This document shows, piece by piece, positions 39,107-47,908 of a stretch of 64,000 nucleotides of DNA. Position 1 is the first letter of the stretch. Every line of letters starts with the position of its first letter. The DNA lies in NCBI GenBank assembly GCA_965248765.1, contig CBDFKF010000003.1:386257-450256 (forward strand), given 5' to 3'. Below the pieces are notes generated by a model. That model had not been told where the DNA came from, ran no database searches, and saw nothing but the letters and a program-made list of their open reading frames with translations. Position numbers and translations under genes: made by a program. The stretch comes from Alphaproteobacteria bacterium (GTDB lineage: Bacteria > Pseudomonadota > Alphaproteobacteria > VGEJ01).

Positions 39107-39679
39107 ATGAAACTCACCGACACCAAAATGATCATTCTCTCGGCCGCCGCCCAGCGCGACGACGGCTCGATCCACCCGCTGCCCAAGACGCTCAAGGGCG
39201 GGGCCGTCACCAAGGTCACCGGCGCGCTGCTGCGCCGTGGCCTGATCGCCGAGGCGCCGCGCCGGAACGGTACTGCCATCGGCGAGACCAACTTCGCCAT
39301 CACGGCCGAGGGCGCGCTCGCCATCAACGTCGAGCCGGCCGAGTGTCCCCATTTATCCGACACGGGCGCACAGGTGGCCGACGGTGGCCGGGAGGCCGAG
39401 CCGGCGGCGGACATCCCGCCCAAGGCGAAGAAGGCCGCCACGGGCCGCGGCACGGCGAAGGGGCCGGTCAAGGTCCGCACCGGCACCAAGCAGGCTCTCG
39501 TGGTCGAGATGCTGCGGCGGCCCGAAGGCGCGACCGTCGATCAGATCATGGAGGCCACCGGCTGGCAGCGCCACACGGTGCGCGGCGCCTTCGCCGGCGC
39601 GCTCAAAAAGAAACTCGGCGTCACCGTCACCTCGGAAAAGGTAGCGGATCGCGGTCGCATCTACCGCGTTGCCGGTTGA
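39107..39679 (+). CDS. DUF3489 domain protein
   Basis: The C-terminal signature ATGWQRHTVRGAFAGALKKKLGVTVTSEK…RIYRV is characteristic of DUF3489, which is common in alphaproteobacterial prophages and ICEs. Confidence 0.6.
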   Translation: MKLTDTKMIILSAAAQRDDGSIHPLPKTLKGGAVTKVTGALLRRGLIAEAPRRNGTAIGETNFAITAEGALAINVEPAECPHLSDTGAQVADGGREAEPAADIPPKAKKAATGRGTAKGPVKVRTGTKQALVVEMLRRPEGATVDQIMEATGWQRHTVRGAFAGALKKKLGVTVTSEKVADRGRIYRVAG

Positions 39680-39691
39680 TGGGTCTCCCCA

Positions 39692-39912
39692 TGAAAACCA
39701 TCAGGATCAGTGACGCGACCTATCGCGCCATCACCGAAGAGGCGATCTATCCGTTCCACTCGACGGCCAGGCGGCTGCCAGACGGCGACTGGCTCGTCGA
39801 GATTGCCGACGACACCTGCGAGCGCATTGAGAGCGCTCGCCTGCCGGGCGAGACCGACGACGACACCATCCTGCGGGCGCTCCACGTCCACTCCGGTCGG
39901 CCGGACAACTGA
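39692..39912 (+). CDS. hypothetical small protein (73 aa)
   Basis: ATG 39692 with GC3-rich codons (MKTIRISDATYRAITEEAIYPFHSTARRLPDGDWLVEIADDTCERIESARL…). The ORF track shows a longer overlapping frame. Confidence 0.35.
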
Positions 39913-40074
39913 GGCCGATCGCTCGACCGACACCGCCGTCCCTCGCGGGACGGCGGTGTCACGTTCGGATGCCGAAGAGCGGGAACACCAGCATCTGCAT
40001 CGTTACGGCAAAACCGTAGCCAACCGCCACATTGGTCACCGCCTCAATGAGCGACATCGCTCGCGACTGCCGCC

Positions 40075-40422
40075 TCATGCCGCGGCCCGCTCGGCGCCGT
40101 CGGCGACCGCGTCGAACGTCTTGCCGTCGCCGTCGAGGGTCGCGGCCTGACCCGTCCAGTCCTGCCAGCGCTTCACGATCACGTCGCAATAGCCGGGGTC
40201 CGACTCCACGAGGCGGGCAACCCGCCCGGTCTTCTCGGCCGCGATCAGCGTCGAGCCGGAGCCGGCGAAAGGATCGAGCACCACGTCGCGGCTCTTCGAC
40301 GAGTTGCGCAGTGCGCGCTCGATCAAGGCCACCGGCTTCATGGTCGGATGCAGATCGTTGCGCGCCGGCTTGTCGACGAACCAGACGTCGCCCTGGTCGC
40401 GGGTTACCACCCAGGTTACCAC
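40075..40422 (-). pseudogene. DNA N4/N6-methyltransferase C-terminal fragment
   Basis: HPTMKPVALIERALRNSSKSRDVVLDPFAGSGSTLIAAEKTGR equals the C-terminal motif block (FxGxG) of PF01555 methylases. The N-terminal DPPY half is missing. It abuts an AT-rich patch and tandem repeats. Confidence 0.6.
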
Positions 40423-40475
40423 CCTGATCTTGATCTAAGTCTTTGTAATGTCGTTATTTTCTCCGCCGGGCGCAG

Positions 40476-40515
40476 GTGGCAACCGGTGGTAACCCAGTGG
40501 TAACCCAGTTTTTCG
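40476..40515. repeat. tandem direct repeats GGTGGCAACC / GGTGGTAACCCAGT / GGTAACCCAGT followed by a T5 run
   Basis: Three related units read directly from the sequence at 40476-40508, then ttttt. Iteron-, operator- or terminator-like. Confidence 0.4.
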
Positions 40516-40624
40516 GCCTGTCGCTGGCGCGATTTCGCGCTGAGCCCGCCCACTTGCGTTTGACGCCAGGAAGGACCCGCAATATCAATGTGTTAGGCAG
40601 GTCCGTGGTCCCATGTCGGGATCG

Positions 40625-41299
40625 TCACGCCGCCTCACGCGGCATCGTCGAACCGAGCCTTGAGAGTTCGCCACGCGTGCGCGGCAACCAGAGGGACCAC
40701 GCCGTTACCGCAGAGCCGAAGGCGGTCCACCCGGTGGGCCGGCCCATCAGAGTCTCGACGAACAGCGGGTTCAAGGTCCGGCGCGCACCGGAGGAATCGC
40801 CGCCAGCCGTCCCGGTCTTCAGGACCTGGCGGCCAAGCAGGCCGTTCACCGGCGTGTTGGCAAGCGTCGTCGCTCCGTCCTTGTGATCCCGTGCCGTCGG
40901 CGTCATCCAGCGCCGCGCGCTGGCTCGCGCGACCTCGTCGAGCCCGATCTGTTTCTTGCTTCCGTCCGGCGCCTGCCCGGTAGCCGACGTGCCCGGCGGG
41001 TTGACCCGGCCGCCGTTCGGAACGTTCGGTGTCGGCCACAGCCGCGCCCGATGGTCGAGGTCGGCATCCCGCCGCTTGCCGGCGCTCGGTTTGCTGCCGT
41101 CGCTCGCCTTCGGCGTCGGCCAACCCAGCGCCTGGTCGGCGAGGTTGACGGTGTGGTTCCCGGCCAGCCGCTTCTCCGGGGTCTGCGCGCCGCCACGGCG
41201 GCTGTCGTCGGTCGGCGTCCGCCACGCCCGCATCATCTCGGTCCGGTTGCCGCCGCTGGAGCGCTTCCCCGAACAGGCCCTCGGCGTTGGCCACGTCAT
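40625..41299 (-). CDS. hypothetical protein with four W(P/T)TP-x-(A/S/R)-x-D-x-K/N-G-type repeats
   Basis: WRTPTDDSRRGG, WPTPKASDGSKP, WPTPNVPNGGRV and WMTPTARDHKDG repeats, plus C-terminal LNPLFVETLMGRPTGWT. Possibly part of a phage DNA-modification enzyme. Not confidently assigned. Confidence 0.4.
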   Translation of the reverse strand: MTWPTPRACSGKRSSGGNRTEMMRAWRTPTDDSRRGGAQTPEKRLAGNHTVNLADQALGWPTPKASDGSKPSAGKRRDADLDHRARLWPTPNVPNGGRVNPPGTSATGQAPDGSKKQIGLDEVARASARRWMTPTARDHKDGATTLANTPVNGLLGRQVLKTGTAGGDSSGARRTLNPLFVETLMGRPTGWTAFGSAVTAWSLWLPRTRGELSRLGSTMPREAA

Positions 41300-41710
41300 A
41301 CACCGAAACTCTGAAGACTGGCGCAGTTGCGTGGTCCCGAAGAGAGCGCAGGCCGTGCCTTTCCATGACGGGACGACTATAGTCCTTGCGCAAAGGTCAC
41401 ACTCAAATCCCTGTGCACTAAAGGGTTTGTTGCCGGCCCGCGGAGTTGCGTGTCTGGTTGCGACACGACGTGGCGGTGCCGGAATTCCTCAACGAGTTCG
41501 CTTCGCTTGACGATAAGGTAGGGGGTTCTATTGTGCCCGGCACTAGCCCGAACATTCCCCTCTCTGAGTGGAATAACCGACGTGACCAGGCAATGCTGAC
41601 GGGTCCCCGTTGGCGTTCGTGTGGTACGCGGCGATGCAGCCCGTTGCGCATCGACATTGCCGCGAGGGATCTGTTCCGACGTTGGAATAAATTTTAGAGG
41701 AGTATGGAGA

Positions 41711-42850
41711 ATGAGAAAAATCGGGCCCGACTCAATCAGAGTGGCCATCGCCGGCGTCGGCAACTGCGCGAGTTCCCTTGTCCAGGGGTTGGAATACTAC
41801 CGGGGCCGTAACGAGGAGTCATTCAGCGGTCTTATGAACGCAAAGATCGGCAACTGGGGGCCGAGCGACATCGAGATCGTGGCCGCCTTCGATATCGACC
41901 GCCGCAAGGTGGGTAAGTTGGTGGAGGAGGCGATTTTCGCCCAACCCAACTGCACCAAGGTCTTCCAGAGCACCCTGCCGGTATCCGACGTGGTGGTGCG
42001 GATGGGGCCGGTTCTCGACGGAGTGGCGCCTCACATGGCCGACTATCCCGATGACGAGGCTTTCCGACCTTCCAACGAGCAACCGGTCGATGTTGTCCAG
42101 GTCCTCAAGGAGGCCGAGGCCGAAGTTCTGGTCTGCTACATACCGGTAGGTTCGGAAGAGGCGGTTCGGCACTATGCCCGGGCCTGCCTGGAGGCCGGAG
42201 TGGCCATGGTCAACTGCGTTCCGGTTTTTATCGCCTCCGACCCCGAATGGGTTGAGAAATTCTGTCACGCCGGCCTGCCCATCGTCGGCGACGACATCAA
42301 AAGCCAGGTCGGCGCCACCATCGTGCATCGAACCCTGACCCGCCTGTTCGGTGACAGGGGCGTGCCACTTGACAGAACCTATCAGTTGAACACGGGCGGC
42401 AACACGGACTTTCTCAACATGAAGGCCCTCGATCGACTGAAGTCCAAGAAGGTTTCCAAGACGGAATCCGTGCAGTCGCAGTTGGACGAACGTCTGGAAT
42501 CCCGGGACATCCATATCGGACCGTCCGATTACGTGCCGTGGCAGGACGACAACAAGGTCGCTTTCATCCGCATGGAGGGGCGCGGCTTCGGGGACGTGCC
42601 GTTGGAACTGGAACTCAGACTGTCGGTCCAGGATTCCCCCAACAGCGCGGGCGTGGTCATCGATGCCATCCGTTGCGCCAAGCTGGGGCTGGAGCGCGCA
42701 ATCGGCGGCTCCTTGGAAGCCGCTTCCGCCTATTACATGAAGAGCCCGCCGAAGCAGATGCGTGATTCGTTGGCCTATGAATTGACCGACGCATTTATTC
42801 AAGGCGGAGATGTCGGCGAGGGGACATCTCGAACGGACGCCGATGACTAG
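41711..42850 (+). CDS. ino1: myo-inositol-1-phosphate synthase (bacterial/archaeal type)
   Basis: NAD-binding N-terminus IAGVGNCASSLVQGLEYY and conserved catalytic region (…NTGGNTDF…). Start at ATG 41711 after a GGAG ribosome-binding site. Local GC is about 58-60% against 68% background. Confidence 0.85.
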   Translation: MRKIGPDSIRVAIAGVGNCASSLVQGLEYYRGRNEESFSGLMNAKIGNWGPSDIEIVAAFDIDRRKVGKLVEEAIFAQPNCTKVFQSTLPVSDVVVRMGPVLDGVAPHMADYPDDEAFRPSNEQPVDVVQVLKEAEAEVLVCYIPVGSEEAVRHYARACLEAGVAMVNCVPVFIASDPEWVEKFCHAGLPIVGDDIKSQVGATIVHRTLTRLFGDRGVPLDRTYQLNTGGNTDFLNMKALDRLKSKKVSKTESVQSQLDERLESRDIHIGPSDYVPWQDDNKVAFIRMEGRGFGDVPLELELRLSVQDSPNSAGVVIDAIRCAKLGLERAIGGSLEAASAYYMKSPPKQMRDSLAYELTDAFIQGGDVGEGTSRTDADD

Positions 42851-43665
42851 GTCGTGGACTCATAATGCCTGAGCCACAGACGTATGGAAGCAAGTGCCAC
42901 GGCGGCGAGGAAATTTCTGGCGAGTTTGTCGTAGCGCGTGGCGACGCGTCTGAAGTGTTTGATCTTGTTGAAGAAGCGCTCAACGAGGTTGTGTTGGCGG
43001 TAGAGCTCCGGAGCAACGTAGCGTGGCATCCGTACATTGCTCTGCGAGGGGATGTGGGCGGTGGCGCCGGTGTTCTCGATCAGCTCGATGAGGCAGCGGG
43101 CACTGTAGCCGCGGTCGGCGATGACATCACGCGCCAGGCGCAGTCCTTCGAGCAGCACCGGGGCTGTGGTCTTGTCGGAGGCCTGGCCGGCAGTGAGCAG
43201 CAAGCGCACCGGCAGGCCCCTGGCATCCACCACCGTGTGGATCTTGGTGCTCAGTCCTCCACGAGAACGACCGATGGCGTGATCCGGACCCCCTTTTTTC
43301 CCCCGGCGGCGTGTTGATGCGCGCGTACAATCGAGGAGTCGATGAGGTGAAGAGAGGCGGGCGATTTCTCGGCGAGAGCCTCGAACACACGCAGCCACAC
43401 GCCGGCCTTGGCCCAACGATTGAACCGGTTGTAGACCGTCGTGTGGGGCCCGTAGCGCCTCGGCAGATCGCGCCACGGCGAGCCCGTGCGCAGGGTGTAG
43501 AAGATACCGTCCACCACACGGCGGTCGTCCACACGCGGCACTCCGCGTGGCTTGTTCGGAAGCAACGGCGCGATGATCGCCCACTCCGCGTCGCTCAGAT
43601 CGAAACGTGCCATTCTCAAGCTCCCACAATTTGGGAACTTGAATCATATCTCCCCGTAAAGGGGA
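42840..43665 (-). mobile_element. IS5-family (IS427-group-like) insertion sequence immediately 3' of ino1
   Basis: Two overlapping transposase frames with an A6G slippery site. Boundaries are approximate because the inverted repeats were not confidently resolved. Confidence 0.65.
42847..43619 (-). CDS. IS5 family transposase OrfAB (programmed -1 frameshift)
   Basis: orfA (43251-43619, MRMARFDLSDAEWAIIAPLLP…) and orfB (…GKKGGPDHAIGRSRGGLSTKIHTVVDARGLP…DDE…). The GGGGAAAAAAGGGGG heptamer region lies at about 43293-43307 on the coding strand. Confidence 0.75.
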
Positions 43666-43674
43666 ATCCCCTTT

Positions 43675-44559
43675 ATGGGTACAAGACCTAGACGCGACGG
43701 TCGGGCTGCCAACAATGGTCCGGGCGGTGGCAACACAGTCCGGACTGTGGACGCGCCGTGGGTGGAGCTGCTGCTCGCGCTCCACTGCCAGGTGCGGAAC
43801 GCGCTCGCGAAGGCCGGCCGCGGCAGCACCGGGGCCACCAACCCCAAGGGCGACGAGGTCAAGGTCTTCGACCTCGCCGCCAACGACGCGGCAGTGGCCT
43901 GCCTGAAGGCGGCGGCGGTTCCGCTGATTGTCCAATCGGAAGAGGCCGAGCCCCTGGAAATCGGCCGCGACCGGCCCCGCTATCGACTGATCCTCGATCC
44001 CGTGGACGGCTCCGACAACCGGGCGCGCGGGCTGCCGTGATCGGCCTTGTCTTGCGCCGTGCTGCCGGTCGACGCCCCCTTGCATCCCGACTGGGTCGAG
44101 GCGGCCCTGGTCGGGCCGCTCGAGGAGGAAACGCCCCTGATCGCGCTCAGGGGCTCCGGCGCCTGGCGCGGGAACGACCGGCTCGAATCCTCGGACGTTC
44201 GCGGCATCGCCGAGGCCATGATCTCGGTCGAGCTCAATCACTTTTCTTCGCCACCGGGCTTCGCCCGCATGATGGCCGCCGCCAGGGGGGTGCGGTGCTA
44301 CGGTTGCGCGTCCCGAGCCCTCTCCCTGGTTGCCGCTGGCGCCACCGACGCCCATGTGGACGTGCGTCGCCGTCTGACGGCGGAAAGCTATCTCGCCGCC
44401 GCGCGGCTGGTGACCGAGGCGGGGGGATGGATTGGCGGCCTCGACGGCACGCCCCTGGCGGAGGCCGAAGGCTTGACCGACCGCATCTGCTTGATCGCGG
44501 CGGCGAGCCGGGATCTGTACGACGAAATCGTGGAGGTCTTGGGCGATGAAGGACACTGA
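43675..44559 (+). pseudogene. inositol monophosphatase (IMPase/FBPase) family phosphatase with an in-frame TGA
   Basis: DPVDGS motif (metal-binding DPIDGT). TGA at 44038-44040 interrupts the conserved block GLP-*-SALSCAVL. The downstream part (44041-44559) is in the same frame. Confidence 0.7.
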
Positions 44560-45911
44560 GTTGGCGAACGCGGCGCCGGAGGTGGCGCTGATATTGGCCG
44601 CCGGGCTGGGGATCGCGGCTTCGTCCGCAAATCAACACGCCGAAGCCCCTGATCAGGGTGCTCGGACTGAGCCTCGCCGAAAGGGTCATCTGCACGTTGC
44701 TGGCTGCCGATGTTTGGCGGTTCCTCGTCACCCTAGGCCATGAGGCCGAAAGGGTCAGGGCGCATTTTTCCGATATCGCCCGGCGTCGCGGTGTCACGGT
44801 CGACTTCGTCGAAGTCGAGGGCTGGGAGCGGGGTAACGGCGCCAGCGCCCTTGCGGCTAAGGCTCACATCGGCGACGCGCCTTTCTTCGTGGTCATGACC
44901 GACCATCTTTTCGACCCCGGGATTGCGGGGGCACTGACCGACGACCCGCCCGCACCAGGAGAAATGTGCCTCGCCGTGGACTGTGACAAGGACGCCATCT
45001 TCGATCTCGACGATGTCACCCGAGTCAAGATCGACGACGGACGCATTCAGGCGATCGAGAAAAACCTTGGCGATTGGGATGCAGGCGACGTCGGGGTCAT
45101 GCTCTGCACGTCGGGCCTGTATGAGGGTCTCGAGCGCGCGGCGGCAAGAAACGAGCATGGGCTTTCCGACGGGCTCAGGGAACTGGCGGGCGAAGGCCGG
45201 GCGAGAACCGTCGATGTGACTGGAATGTCATGGCTCGACGTGGACACGCCCGACGCATTGCGTGAAGCCGAACGACGTCTGATGCGCGACCAGGGTCGCA
45301 AGACCCGGGACGGGCCGGTGTCGCGCCATCTCAACCGGCCGGTTTCCCGGTGGTTGAGCCGCTATCTGGTGCGCACAACGGTGACGTCCAACCAAATCTC
45401 TCTGATCTCGTGGATGCTGTCGTGCGTTGCCGCAGGATTGATGGCTGTGAGCGGTTATCCTGCTCTGGCCGCCGGTGGCGCCTTGGCTCAACTGGCCTCG
45501 ATCATCGACGGCTGCGATGGCGAGATCGCCCGGTTGAAACGATCCCAGAGCGAGTTTGGCGGCTGGTTCGACGCGGTCCTCGACCGGTATGCCGATGCCT
45601 TTCTCTTGTTCGGCCTGATGTGGCACGAATATGCCGCGACCGGCACGAATCTACCCGTCGTGCTGGGGTTCGCGGCGATTATGGGGTCGTTCCTGAACAG
45701 CTACACGGCCGACAAATACGACGGCCTGATGGCCAGGAAATTCCCTGGCGTTGTCTATCTCAGGCTGGGCCGGGACGTCCGGGTTTTCGTCATCTTCCTC
45801 GGCGCCCTTTTGAATCAGCCCTTGCTCACCCTGGGCGTTATTGCATTAGTGATGAATGTGGAAGTGGTCCGGCGGATCGGTGTTAGTTCCCGCGCGGACG
45901 AAAAACGATGA
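44546..45911 (+). CDS. bifunctional nucleotidyltransferase / CDP-alcohol phosphotransferase (IPCT/DIPPS-like), frameshifted in the N-terminal G-loop
   Basis: N-terminus MKDTELANAAPEVALILAAGLG then frame +1 gives SRLRPQINTPKPLIRVLG (NTP-transferase motif). The C-terminal membrane domain has DGCDGEIARL…G…D…D, the CDP-alcohol phosphotransferase signature. An indel sits in a ggggatc run near 44615. Confidence 0.75.
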
Positions 45912-46953
45912 AGCACCCCCCTGAATTCCGCGGGTTCGAGAGAAGCCGGGAATGACCGGCGGGACGGGATCGGGACCGTCGTCAGCTTCTCCAAAGGACA
46001 CGACGAGGACAACCCAGGCACCCTGGATCCTGAGATGCGGGAATTCGCTCTCGGGATCTACCGTCTCGACGACCGTCCGATTGTAGTTACCGACGTGGAT
46101 CGGGTGCTGGACATCACGGTCCAATAAGAATGGATCAAATATCAGCCAATCGGGCACCAATGTTGTGAGACGATGAGAAAGCCAGGAATTGAGATCGGGG
46201 ACAGATTGGTGAAGCTTGGGGGGCTGAAACTGTTTTGATCGTGCAGCGGTTCGTCAATCCTCCTGGTCTGCCCCGGCATGTTGAGCTGAAAGCCCAGGGG
46301 CATCTCGACCGAAAAATCACGCTGTCCGTATCAACCATCATGGACCGGAATTTGTACCGGCGGGTCGAGAAACACTGATCAAGGATTGTGGTATTATACA
46401 AAGAAGGGGTACGAAAAATTTGCCATGTCTGACGTTGCCGATCGGAAAGCGTTCGTTCAAGGTGTGATGGGTAAGGTGGATTCAACGATTGAGAGTTCGC
46501 TTCCAGTCTTTTCGGGGGGTGTCAACGGCGGAGCAAAAAGGGACCCCGTGGCGGAGTAAAAAGGGACCACTTGGCGGCTGCGGGCTTGTCCTCGTAGTCC
46601 ATGGGAGGGCCCCGCGCGCGACGCGGCGTGCCCACAACAGGCTGACGCGGCGGCGCGCGCACGGTCTGTCTCGCCGCGGCCGATGACTGGCTCAACCAGA
46701 ACGAGACCGACGAGCGCGCGCACAAGAGCCGGGGCTGGCTCAATCAACCGGCAACCGAGAAGCAGATGCGCTACCTCCCGCCGGCATGCCGCCACGACTA
46801 CGGCATGAACCGTTATCAGGCATCGGCGCTGCTCACCTTCACCTTCAACAAGCAAGCGATCCGCCGGCTGGTCATGAACGCGGCGGGCGACCAGAGAGAG
46901 GCCGCGTGATGGTTGTCCCACGGCCGCACTCACTCACTCCCATTGGAGTCGTG

Positions 46954-47412
46954 CTAGGCGACCCCGACAACCAGACGCTTGCCGAACACCGCCAGCGCGT
47001 CCTCGATACGTCCGATCTTCGAGGCGTGCTCCGGGTTCAAGAGGCGCCGAACGTCGCTTTCGTGGACCCCCATATGCTTGGCCAAGGCGACCTTGGTCAT
47101 GCCCGAGGTGCGCAGTTCGATATAAAGCGCCGCCTTGGCAGCGATCACCGCCGGCGCTGCGACCATCGGGCGCCCGCGCGCCGGCGACGGCGCGGGGATT
47201 TCGGCCCCTTCGATCATGGTGGTGGCGAGAAGTTCGCGCAGGAGGTCCGACGCTTCCGTCAGCGCCTCGTCACGATCAGCCCCGTCGGTCGCACCCCATC
47301 CGAAATCGGGGAGGGTTACGACAACGCGCCCGTCCTCGTCAGTTTCCAATTTTGCGGGGTAGGCAAACGCCGCCCGCGATGCTGGATATCGTGCCATAGC
47401 GACCTGCCTCAC
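46954..47412 (-). CDS. hicB: type II toxin-antitoxin system HicB family antitoxin
   Basis: N-terminal HicB/UPF0150 fold (ARYPA…LETDEDGRVVVTLPDFGWGATDGADRDEALTEA) plus a C-terminal Xre-type HTH. Confidence 0.75.
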   Translation of the reverse strand: MRQVAMARYPASRAAFAYPAKLETDEDGRVVVTLPDFGWGATDGADRDEALTEASDLLRELLATTMIEGAEIPAPSPARGRPMVAAPAVIAAKAALYIELRTSGMTKVALAKHMGVHESDVRRLLNPEHASKIGRIEDALAVFGKRLVVGVA

Positions 47413-47424
47413 AGTTTTGAAACG

Positions 47425-47643
47425 TTATATCTCATCGCGTTTCAGCCCGAGGTCACGGAGCATCTTGCGAAGCAACCCCTTGCCAATTTCCTTCTTGCGG
47501 TCTTTGACCGTCGTCTTTCGGTCGCCGTAGTACAGCGTGCCGTGGCTACCGGGGCCTTCGGTGGCGGCGAAATAGACCTCGACGCCCCTCAGACGCCCAA
47601 GCTTCCGAATGGCACGTATGATTGGGCTCCCGTCATGATCCAA
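47425..47643 (-). CDS. hicA: type II toxin-antitoxin system HicA family toxin
   Basis: 72 aa. GSHGTLYYGDRKTTVKDRKKEIGKGLLRKMLRDLGL is the HicA dsRBD-like motif. Immediately upstream of hicB. Confidence 0.75.
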   Translation of the reverse strand: MDHDGSPIIRAIRKLGRLRGVEVYFAATEGPGSHGTLYYGDRKTTVKDRKKEIGKGLLRKMLRDLGLKRDEI

Positions 47644-47908
47644 ATATCGTGCATTTATGCGCGATTGTCAAGAGGATAATCGGGCAGTTTTGCTCGAAGA
47701 ACGGACCAGACCTCAACACATTCGATGTAAAGGAAGTCATTTAATGCGTCCTCTGATTCGTAGGCTATTTCGACCGCTACGCCAGCGCTGGCGCTGGTAG
47801 ATGACGACGAGGGCAGCAGGGACATGAGCGACAACGCGAAGCCCGATTTATGGGTCGGCGAATGCGAGGGGATGTGCGGCGTATGACCGTCCGGTCCTCA
47901 CCGGCGAC

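Noticed and set aside
9512-44040. Possibility that TGA is recoded (genetic code 4/25) or encodes selenocysteine at the in-frame TGA sites
   Set aside because: TGA terminates many well-delimited genes here (metX, panE, the SDR, DIPPS). No SECIS-like hairpin is evident downstream. Neither family is a known selenoprotein family. A nonsense mutation or sequencing error is the simpler explanation.
42847-44556. 569-aa minus-strand ORF spanning the IS5 element and the IMPase gene
   Set aside because: Only its 3' third is genuine (IS5 orfB). The remainder is antisense to the IMPase-family gene.
40476-46600. Short tandem repeats (GGTAACCCAGT x2-3, and the 19-mer x2) as CRISPR arrays
   Set aside because: Only 2-3 units. 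Spacers are 0-5 bp rather than about 30 bp. No cas genes. Not CRISPR.
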